Source of the DNA: Selaginella moellendorffii
Taxonomy: Eukaryota > Plantae > Lycopodiophyta
DNA: 64,000 bases
Assembly: GCF_000143415.4 (NCBI RefSeq)
Contig: NW_003314339.1
Coordinates: 427,751-491,750, forward strand
Direction: 5' to 3'
In this document: positions 47,412-58,045 of the stretch, piece by piece
Layout of the letters: each line of letters starts with the position of its first letter
Position numbering within the stretch: position 1 is the first letter of the stretch
The notes under the pieces: model-generated
The model's database searches: none
What the model saw: the letters and a program-made list of their open reading frames with translations, nothing else
Told to the model about the DNA's origin: nothing
Position numbers and translations under genes: made by a program

Positions 47412-50400
47412 ATGGCCTTCAGGGTTGGGGAAAAGGTTTACATTTTGAATGGTGGGAAGAGAGTTGCAAAAGGGACCCTTGTGTCTATGGATCGGAACTT
47501 TGTTATACACTGTCAAAGGCTTGGGGAAGGCAATGCTGCTGTATCAGTAGAGACTGTCTTCGATGGGAATGTGGTCGCTATTGAACGAGGAGAGATGGTC
47601 GTCGGGGTAAATGTTGTTGTTGCCTTGAAAAATCTTCAGAAGAAAGCAGATGTTGGGGACAGCGCAAGTGCGACGCATGTTCCCTCCGTGGATCTTAAGA
47701 ACCGTGCTACATGGATTCAGGCAAAAGTGTTTCTAAACAACCCCGAGGGGGAGGTGGTAGCTGAGGGCTTAGCCACAGTTGTCGATCCAAGAGATGCGGT
47801 TGCTAATCAAGAATTGGGCTGGGATGATATTGGAGTTGCGATTTTAGAGGTTGTTGACACAGAAGAAAACAGTCTGACTATTGGAAGCATTGTGCGGTGG
47901 AAATTGAGGCACTTAGTGTTTGAGAATGTGAAGGATTCACAATCAAACACCACTACAACTGATGACAAAACATCTCTTCATGGGAAAAGAAAGTACACCT
48001 TCCTAAAGCGCAGCCAAAGGGATCTGAGCAACGAACCGAAAAGGCAGAAAATGGCGATGGAGGTTCGAATGGTCTCGACAGTTGCTTGTTGCAAGAGGAG
48101 GTGCTGTCAACATGCTGATTGGGATGCTATTGAAGAGGAGAGAGCAAGATACAAGACATTGTCCTGGAAGGCAGCTCGCAATTTTGTGTATGAGGCATTA
48201 CGGTCATCTGTTGATGCTTCAGAACATCAGGTGGGGGGCATGGTCTTCCAGAGGGGTTTGGTCTGCATGAAGGCATGGAGAATCATTTATGGAGTCCCTC
48301 GAACCACATTCTACAGAATCAAAACTGAGTTCGAGGAACAAAGGGTTCAACAGGCAGTCCATGGGAACGACGGTACGCACAAAACCAGGGGTCATGTTGT
48401 ATATGGAGAGGCAATCTTCAAGAGGTTTGTCGAGACATGTAGCGAGCAGCAACCACATAAAACCCGCCTCTTGGAAGATGGAACACGAGACACCCAACGA
48501 GTTCTCCCTTCCATGTATACCAAGGGGGCCATATTGGAAGATGTGAATCGGGAACTCCAGAGTAATGGCTACAGGAAGCTGAGCTAATCTAGATTTAGTA
48601 GATTGTGGAGCAACAGGTTCAGGGATGTGAGTATAGGAAAGTACTCCAGCTTTTCAAAGTGTGACGAGTGCACTGCTATCAAAATGGCTTTGTCGAAGAA
48701 TTCTTGCAGCGCTCAAGAGCGAGAGACGTTGGTTAGAAGGCGGCTCGACCACAACATCGAGCAGAGAAGCTGCAGGACTGCATATTATCATAACAGGATT
48801 CTCTCCATGGAGAGACCTGACTCTTACCTCTGCATCATCCATGACAAAATGGACCAGAAAAAGACGTGCTTACCTCGACTCAATCCTGCCCCCAAGCTGC
48901 CTGTGTCTCTGTTTGGCATAATCGCTCATGGGCATGGTGCCCAGAACTATGGGAACTTCTTTGTACCTCTATGGGGTGGCGGGGGTGCAAACATGATGAT
49001 TGCGTCCCTAGCAAAACACTTAAGGTCTCTGCAAAGTGCGCAGACTGAGCTGAAAGGCCAACCCTTGCATAAGGCCCTTGTCGATCGAACCCCATACAGG
49101 GTTCAGCTGGAGGAGGAGCAAAGGCTTGCAGTATCGCGTGGGGCCCCATGCCATCCCAGTGAATATGTTGGCCGTCAGATTGTAGGGTTATCACGTGAGG
49201 CCTCATGCCATTCCGACGAGGCTGGTCGCCCGGTGAATGCACAGCCTCATCCAAACGAAGCAGAATCTCAAGGAAGTTTTTGCGGCCGATGTGGCCTTCC
49301 ACCCCATCTTCTGCTCCAAACAGACAATGCTGGCAGTGAGAACAAAAACATGTACGTCTTCGCGTACTTGGCGATGCTTGTTGCCAAAGGCATATTTGAA
49401 ACGGTTACACTTGGCTTTCTCATGGTTGGGCACACTCATGAAGACGTCGATGCCATGTTCAGTCACCTGGCAGAGTCCCTCCGGCGATCCAATGTCCTCA
49501 CCCTCCCACAACTCTACGATGAATTCCAAAATTGCATCAAAGGCACTGTTGAAGCTGCACTTCTGACAGAGGTTCCAGACTTTAAGGGGTTTGTAAGAGG
49601 CTACATCAGGGATGGATCCGAAACGCTGATTGGCCACTCCAAGCCTCTTCAGTTTCATTTCAGCATGTGTGACGGTGCTCTAGTGATGAGGTACAAGATG
49701 AGAGAATGGGACACAGTGTGGCTGCCAATGGACGGCATTGAACTCTTCAAGAGAGATCCCATAACTGGGGAACCTATGATTCCTTAGGGTTCCCCACGGC
49801 CGATGCACCCGGATGGACTCAAAGACCAGGAAAGTATAGTGGCCGGGATTAGATAGCATATTGCCTTCTGGAAGAGGGGGTTGGTGTTTGGTGGAGAATC
49901 CTATTTTCAGAGGTGCAAGCCTTTGCTCGAATACTGGGAGAAGATTATATCTGCTATCCAAAATGGGCCGGTTGTATATGAAGAATTGGAAGAGTCCTTT
50001 TGGCCAGAACCCAGAGCACCAGATAGTAGCGGAACAATGTCCTCTGGAAATGCAGTGACAGATAACGATGTTGAGGATCACTATTGTGGGCCGAGGAACA
50101 AGAAGCCGGATTCAGCATTCAATCCAGTACAGGTCTGCAAAGGAATGGTCGTGCTTGTCAGACCCAGTAATAAAAAACAAATGATATGGGTGGGGCGCTG
50201 CATCACTGATGCAGAGGAGGACGCGGAAACTAACTCCTTCAATGTAACTGTGGAGTGGTTCAAGCCAAGTTTCGGATATACGAACGATTGCCTAGAAAAG
50301 AGATGGGTGCTGAATCCAAGGGATCCCAGCATGAGCATATCAGTGGATAATGTTGTGCATGGTTGGATGCGGAAGCAGAATGCCACCATCACCTTGCCAG

Positions 50401-50459
50401 ACCATGCAAGAGATGCAGCAAGAGCATTCATAACCCGGGTTCAAGGTGAGATTCATTAA
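47412..50459 (+). pseudogene. DDE/D transposase (Sola-like) with three premature stops
   Basis: One frame of ~1015 codons broken only by TAA 48585, TAG 49785 and TAG 49854. Motifs FSKCDEC..H, IIHDKMDQKKT.LP, LQTDNAGSENKN and FLMVGHTHEDVDAMFS. Superfamily assignment is tentative. Confidence 0.85.
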
Positions 50460-51992
50460 TATTCCTTTACTAAGTTTCTAATGTATTTTATTTCAAGGTG
50501 AACAATCCGAATCTGAATCAGAGGAGGCGTGATGGCATGTGGCCTTACGCCATTCCTAGGTGAGATGATACAAATAACAAGTATAAATTCTTAGTTGTTC
50601 TAGCAAATCTTACTTAAAGTTCAAGGTGAACAAGCCGAATATGAATTCATCGGATTGTTATAACAAATTGCGAGGTGATGGCATGAGGCGATACGCCATT
50701 TGAGAGTGGTAGCCATTCCTATATGAGGTGAGTGAAGTATTTATTAGAAATACCTCATTCAATTGTGCACTTCTAAGTCTTGGTCCACTTAGTACTGTTT
50801 GCATGTTTTTATTTTAATTCTTTCTCTAAAATGTTATTTAGCATGTGGCTTCATGCCATTGCTCTCCACAATCATGCATTGAATTTCTATCCTTGCATAA
50901 TACTTCTCCATATATATAGCATGTGCGCACATGTGATATGGTTCATTAGGCCTGATATAGTGTGTGAGGTAAAACAAAGATGATGTGACATATGCATTTA
51001 CCAATCACACGTGCATAAATCTAATAATATGGCGTGTGGCCCATATTAATGGCACATAAACCCATATTGTGGGCTTACGTGCTTTATGTACCATCATTCC
51101 CTTGCAGCGTGTGTGTTGGTTTCCTTTTATAACACAACGAACTCCATATTTTAGGGTGAAGAGCGTTCTCATGGCAAGCACAAAATCTGTAAGTGAGGCA
51201 GAAAAGGAGACGGAGAAGGAGATAGGTGAAGATGTAGAATATATAAGTCTTCCAAACTCCCCGTACTATACTCCAGGTGATCATTTTTCTGAACAAACGG
51301 CAACATTAACAACTATCGAGAACGCCCCAGTAACGTCAGAGACAACAATCCAAAGCAAAACAACTGACCCGGAGAAGGATGATAGTACCGCTGAGAGTAC
51401 CAAAAAGGAGGTGTCCACTAGCGCTTAGGCTTATAATGGCGTGTGCCCTCATGCCATTTACTTGATCACCAAATACCTTTTTCCCTTTGCACTAGTATAT
51501 CTTAATACCGGTCTGAGAAATAGAATGGCATGTGCCTGGCTAATAGGAATGATGTTCATCTTGGAAAGCTCACCACACGCTCAATGAACAAACAAATAGT
51601 GTGTGCGCGCATGCCATCGCTCTTCTTTAGCTTCAGATTCGGCTTGTTCACCTTGACAATGAGATTTATTATACAACTAGATGGACTCAGTCTGGACATA
51701 AGGTCACCGCGCTAGTCACCATGCCCCAGATATGTCTAGCCCCTGGACAAAAAACATATAATTTCACGTCATTTTCAAATACTTGAAAATTTGTACCTAG
51801 TCCCATTTTACTGAATAAATCCCACTTTAACGAAATAGAGCATCCAAGGCCTCTCCTTTCGCAAGTTTTCCAATTGCCATATAGTCTTATATGGACAATC
51901 CCATGTTTTTGACTTTCAATGGCATCTTGGTTGCTAGTAAAAACATGTTTGAGTGCCCACTTGATTCTCCACTCCCAACTTGCATAACCACC

Positions 51993-54900
51993 CTCGGGTC
52001 CATCTCGGGTCCACCTCAGACTCCACCTCGGACTCCATCTTGGGTCCATCTCGGACTCCATTTCGGACTCCATTTCGGCTCCATCTCGGGTCCACCTCGG
52101 ACTCCACCTCGGACTCCATCTCGGGTCCATCTCGGACTCCATCTCGGACTCCATCTTGGGTCCATCTCGGACACTTCCACGTGTCATGTGTTGGTCCTTT
52201 TTGGGTCCCTTTTTGGAGCCTCACCTATGGCTCGCTTCGTGCTCATTCCTCGAGCACTTCGTTGGGAGTTCCACTCCCACTCTTGACTTTTCAAGTCGGA
52301 GCTTTTGGTCCAAACGTGTTACGCTCGTTTGGCTCTTGCTTTGGCCACTACCACGTGGCGCCCTTCCAGCTCCACTTTGGGGCCTAGGGATTTTGTGTCT
52401 CACAACTCCACCACCCATAGACGAAGTTCGATGTCCTCATCGAACGGTAAACCATTTTATAAAGTAACACCCGCATGTGTTACCATTTCCATCCTTGGCA
52501 CCTAGCCAATATTTCTCAATGGTTTGACATTGAAGGCTCACCATGCCTTCTCCATATTCGTCAATGGTTTAACATTGAAGGCTCACCATGCCTTTTGCAT
52601 ATTCCTCAATGGTTTGACACCAAAGGCTCACCATGCCTTGCCTATCCTCTAAGGAGGGTAGTCTCTCCAACTTAGAGACTGATTGGACCATATGTAGTGG
52701 TTCTCTCCTTTTATTGGTTTAGTTCTTGCTAAACCTCTTAGAGACCCTTCTCTAAGTCAATCCCACTACTCCTTCTCGAGTAGTCTTAATTTCCATCTAT
52801 TGAACGTTTGCACCTTGGAACTTTTACTCTTTTGACTTTTGGAAGTCAATTTCCTAGGTGTCTCCAACACCTTGCATTGCACAAATTGTGCAACTCCACT
52901 TCCCCATCCTAGGAAGTTCATTACTTGAGGGCACCCTCATCCTCTCTTCTATTTCGTGCCACCTTGGGCACTAACTTCCATTTATCATATTTTGTGCTAG
53001 GGCTGTCTATGGCCCTATCATTTGGCTACTTTACCATTCCCTCCCTTGGAGCTTCCACTTTCGCCAAATCGGAGCAATTCGGAATCCATCCTTGGAAGCA
53101 CACTTTCTTTCCCGCAATTTGTTAGCGTCCAACACATTAGTGTTCCTCGCCTAACTTTGTCACTTGGATTCCTTCCAAGGGATTCCACGGCCCTATCTTG
53201 GCCACTCATCTTTTGCTCCTATCCGTTGATTGTTGCACCGAGCAACATCGAATCTCTACCTCCCTCCTTGAGGTATTCTTTTGATTCCATAGCAAAGGCT
53301 TTGCTTTGCCAAGACTAGGGTGTTCACCCCTAGTAAGTCTCTTTAGCATCTTCTGCTGTGGGCTCTATCCACGGCCCAACTTTGTGACCCTCCCATGGGT
53401 CTATTTAGAGACTACTTCCCTTGGACACACTATGCCATCGCAATGACATAGCTCATTTCCCTAAGGTGCTTTTCCCACTTGGTCACCTTGACCAAGCCAC
53501 ACCATCATAAATAGTTCAAATCAACACTTTGAACTAGGAACCTTATTCCTTCACCTCACAAGGACCTTGTCCTTGTTTTTAGCCATAAGATCACCTAGTG
53601 ATCTAACCTTGGCACCTTAATAGGTTTGCCAATAGGTAATAGGTCTCCTCGACCTTTAAGTTGTTGACTATGACCCCGGGGGCATCCCCCACACTTGGCG
53701 GTGCGCCCAAGCCAGCCCTTCCAGCCAAGGGTCCATAGCAACTGAGGTTGGGTGTCCCCATCTCATTCACCTCGTCCTTGGTGCCCCCTTGCACTAAGGT
53801 GTTCAAGTTAGATATGCTGAGCTTTCACACTAAGCAATCTAACCGTGCATCACGACTCCGAGGCATCCCTCGCTTGGCGGTGTGCCCAAACCAGTCTCCC
53901 CACTGAGAGTCCATGACCACCGAAATATGAGTGTCCTCATATTCCAAATCATCACCACGCCCTAGTGATTTGGGACTCGAACCCAAGCACTAGAGGGTCG
54001 GGACTCGAACCCAACCTCCGTATATGCATCTACAGACAGCATCACCTAGGATGCCTGGCGTGACTCCCCACGCCGATGCACCAACTTATACTCAAAGCGC
54101 GCTATAGATCACAGCTTAGGAACCTAGTTCCTCCCCACTGCCAAGTCCTCTCACTTGACATGTCTGTGATCATGCATGGACTCCTCCATGCTCGGCCCCA
54201 TGGCCCACCCTTTTTGAAGTTATCACCTTCAATTAGGGTATTTGTTCCCCCGACGTGCCAATCTTGCTTGGCAAGTCCTCCGACCACTGTAACATGGTTC
54301 CTACATAAGCGTGAAAGTCCTTGACCATCGACTTTCGTTCAAAGCCCTTTCTTTGAACACACGGGAACTATTTCCCTAACCTTGATAGCCTTGCCTCATG
54401 GCAAGCTTCAAGACTACGCTTCTGCTGCGCCACTCTAATTTCACGCGTTCCATGAACCATTTACACTTGGCCTTTCTAGGTACTAAGCTACCTAAAATCG
54501 TCTTTGGGAACCTTGAAGGAACTCTGTCCCTTAGCTTGCTAAGGCCCCCCCTTTTTGCAAGCTTTCCAATTACCATATAGTCTAACATGGACAATTCCAT
54601 ATTTTAGACTCTCCATGGCATCACGGTTGCTAGCGGCAACACCCTTGAGCCCCCACTTGATTCTCCACTCCCAGCTGGCATAACCAACCTTGGTTATGCC
54701 CTTCAATTCCTATGGTTCGGTTCTATCCCCTTACTTCTTGCTTTTGGCTTCACACCTTTCCTTCGGTCATTCTCCTCCAGACCAGGAGGATAGCTTTGCA
54801 CTTTCTATCATGCCTTAGCAAGTATTTTTAGGGATGAACCTACCCGATAGCCTAGGGAGTGGTTCCTCAATCCAGGTATGCTCACCCTATAATCCCACAC

Positions 54901-57616
54901 ACCGGGATTACGTTGTTGCTTACGGGCCTTTGCATGCCCATCGCTAGCCTTGCCAAAATTCCATTTTTGGCTTTGTCCAATTCGAGTAGACAGTCTTCTC
55001 CTGTCTCCGCCACCTTGGACATTTGGATAGCACCTACTATCCCTCATTCGTTAGGGCCTTAGTCCCTTAGGCCTTATCTACTGCCCTCGCGACATCAAAC
55101 ACCACCTCCTGGTGTTCTAAAGTGTTCAGGTGTCCCAATGATGGCTTCCTTGACAATGAGTATTTCCTTTTATGACATTGACTTACTATATCGCAATATA
55201 AGCAACTTATCCCCTGTAAAGGTATATCCAACTTCCCTAGGCCATTAAGAAGGCTTGGGTAGCTACCTTCTACCCGTTTAACCAATTATTTTACACCTCT
55301 TGCTTAGTTGCCTCGTAGTTCTCAAGTCCTACAACTCATTGCTGGTGCTTCCACACCTCCATCATTATCTGGGTCACCACACTCCAACTGCATGCTCTGC
55401 AGCTTAGGCTATGCCATTCCCATTTCTATTGGGATTCTTTTGGCAAGGGGTTCTCATGAACCCACCAACACAGCCTCAAGGTATCACACCTTGGCACGTT
55501 TGGTGTCTCCACACCATCGGCTCCACAAGCCTACCTCTATGACACTTCTTCTTTGTGTCTAAGTCTTTGCCAAGACCAATACCACTCTTTCTCATGCCAA
55601 CAATTCGTTAGCACTGCATTATAGAGGTCACACACAACTTTGTGTCAAAGTTGTTTTCTTTTTGGGAACACCTTTCCCACGACTTTAGCTTGGCACATTT
55701 TGCCATCGATGAGATACCCTCTGTTCTCATCCTTGGATCCTATGATCCCCCCCCATCCTTTGTGGGGTACAACACACCTCAGTCCAAATGCTTCCATCAG
55801 TCCTTTTAGGACCATGCCTTGACTCTACTTGAGTCATCCAGCAGTTTTGGACATGGTTAATCCACAGACCCGTAAGGTCTTACTTGTGAGGCACTAGCTC
55901 ACTGGAATACACTTCTTGCAATCCTGCCCTACTCAAAAGGCCTATTTTCACAAGTGTTACTCTGACACTTGATTTTGTTCTTTGGGGGCAACCTTTGCCC
56001 CTTAGGACTACTTGTCCATGTGATGAGAATACCAACTCATCTCCAAGTACACCCCCCCAACTCCTTGGGTTTTTCCAGCATTTATTAAAGGTAGCCCCGG
56101 CTACCATTTCAAGGACTTCAGTCCTCTTCCGTATTTGACCTCCCACGGTCATTACCTTTGGTCTCACATTCATGAGCACCAACCTCAACTATATGAGGAT
56201 AATCTTGTGACTCCTTTATTGTTTTGGAGTCTACTTCTTTCCCGTGATCCCAACTTTAGTTGTTTATCACAACTACATTAGCCCGTTTGCTGCGTCAAAC
56301 GCTCATTTGGATCACATCCTCAGCTCTCTGAGGAGACCTTATACTGTTCCCAAGATCCCAAAGTCGTTCCATTATTGGCCCTTTTCTATCCACCACATTG
56401 TGCCCAAGTTCACGCATGAACTTGAGTGGAGAGCCATGTCCTCTCGACATGCTACTCCTCAAGGACAGGCCCACTCCTAGGACCTTCCGATGCCAACATC
56501 AATGGTGATATACTTGAGCACCAATAAAAGTCGGACTAAGGAACAGCTCCGATACCAAGTTGTAGGCGACTAATTTTTCCATTCTACTTTAGTTACTTAA
56601 CCACACCTCCGACCATTTGGAGGAGTCTCATTCACAACCTCCATACGTCCAACTCAGGACTTGGGGTTTTCTAACCCCGAGAATGGCATACATGCCACTG
56701 AACCTTAGCACTTGGTCCAAGTGCTCCACGTGTCCGATCCCATGCTCGACACCCCAAGGTACCACCGACGTATCAGCCCGTTACGCTAAGGCCATGCCTA
56801 TTTACCTTGGTCACACTGGTGGTCCAACACCACCTGCATTCCAATCCCGTCTCTCAAAGGTTGGGTCATCCGTCCATCAGGGATCATCCCAGATCCACTC
56901 CTTAACATCCTTAGGATGCCTACAGACATGGGAAATAGCCTTCCCCAATATCTCTGTTCCGGTCCCCACCAAGTCCCTTTCTGTCCTTGGCTGTGTTCGC
57001 CAACACTGCCACTGGATCAAGGCCCACCGGCCCGACCACTAAGTCCCACTATCCTTTGGGACTTCCTCACCATGTGACCATATACTTGGTCACTACATTA
57101 GAGGCCTACTCCTCTTCCCTTTCACTGTTTGGGACTTTGGGACAACATTTCGGAACACCGTGGCCTTACGCAAGCCTCATGGGTACTCTCCCCGCCTTTC
57201 GCCTTTAGGTGCTCTAGCCATGGGCTTAGAGCGAGGTTCCGTTGAGCCACGACAGGTATCCAAGTAGGTAGTGCCACCCACACTTGGACTGGGAGCATCG
57301 GCCAGTCGATCTCCCGGGGGAACTAGAGCTGGCTCTTGAACACTTCACCAAGCTACCCTGCTTGTCGGTCTGTGTTCACTCTAGTCTTGGACTTCCCAGT
57401 GGGCAGCTCATCACCCAACACTGGGTCCGGCCTCCTGGGCCAAACTGGCTCCACTGCAGTCCTCCCCCTACTATACTTTTGGAGCTCACCAAACCCCCCA
57501 GGGTCTGGGAGACGAACGCTTTGGGCTTTCACCCTCTCAGGCTCGGACTCGAACTCGGACTCGGACTCGGACTTGGACTCGGACTCGGCCTCGGCCTTGG
57601 CCTCGGCCTCAGTCTT

Positions 57617-57650
<34 letters not shown>

Positions 57651-58045
57651 CCGGTCTCGGTCTCGACTTCGGACTCCATCTCGGGTCCATCTCGGACTCC
57701 ATCTCGGACTCCATTTCGGGTCCATCTCGGGTCCACCTCGGACTCCACCTCGGACTCCATCTCGGGTCCATCTTGGACTCCATCTTGGACTCCAACTTGG
57801 GTCCATCTCAGACACTTCCACGTGTCATGTGTTGGTCCTTTTTGGGTCCCTTTTTGGAGCCTCACCTATGGCTCGCTTCGTGCTCATTCCTCGTGTACTT
57901 CGTTGGGAGTTCCACTCCCGCTCTTGACTTTTCAAGTCCGAGCTTTTGGTCCAAACGTGTTACGTTCGTTTGGCTCTCGCTTCGGCCACTACCACGTGGC
58001 GCCCTTCCGGCTCCACTTTGGGGCCTAGGGATTTTGTGTCTCACA
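51993..58045 (-). mobile_element. Family-B non-autonomous LTR element: 5' LTR 56561-58045, PBS, ~4.1 kb non-coding internal region, truncated 3' LTR 51993-52404
   Basis: TG..CA LTR ends, PBS complement GCTCCGATACCA at 56546-56557, PPT complement at 52405, and no long ORF in the internal region. Confidence 0.85.

Larger units (their letters stand above)
38849..51457. repeat. Dispersed 22-bp palindrome ATGGCRTG-N6-CAYGCCAT, more than 20 copies confined to the DNA transposon
   Basis: Copies at 38849, 39926, 40001, 41243, 41434, 41575, 43047, 44324, 44384, 44461, 45223, 45358, 45517, 45596, 46453, 47140, 47238, 47308, 49133, 49190, 50532, 50678, 50838 and 51436 (some with mismatches). Confidence 0.92.
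38463..51843. mobile_element. 13.4-kb terminal-inverted-repeat DNA transposon (Sola-like transposase) with a large accessory gene
   Basis: Perfect 22-bp TIR GCTCTATTTCGTTAAAGTGGGA (38465-38486) / TCCCACTTTAACGAAATAGAGC (51820-51841). 4-bp TSD CCAA (38459-62, 51844-47). Joining the flanks restores the host sequence seen uninterrupted at 54531-54560. Confidence 0.9.

Noticed and set aside
51069-51428. Small S/T/E-rich ORF near the right TIR as a third transposon gene
   Set aside because: Low complexity and no motif. It could be a 3' exon or noise, and this cannot be decided without transcripts.
38849-51457. Palindromic repeats as a CRISPR-like array
   Set aside because: Spacing is irregular (57 bp to more than 1 kb), copies lie in introns and exons, and there are no cas-like genes.
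52405-56560. Coding capacity in the family-B internal region
   Set aside because: Only short ORFs, not conserved as open frames between copies. At most a heavily eroded gag-pol trace.
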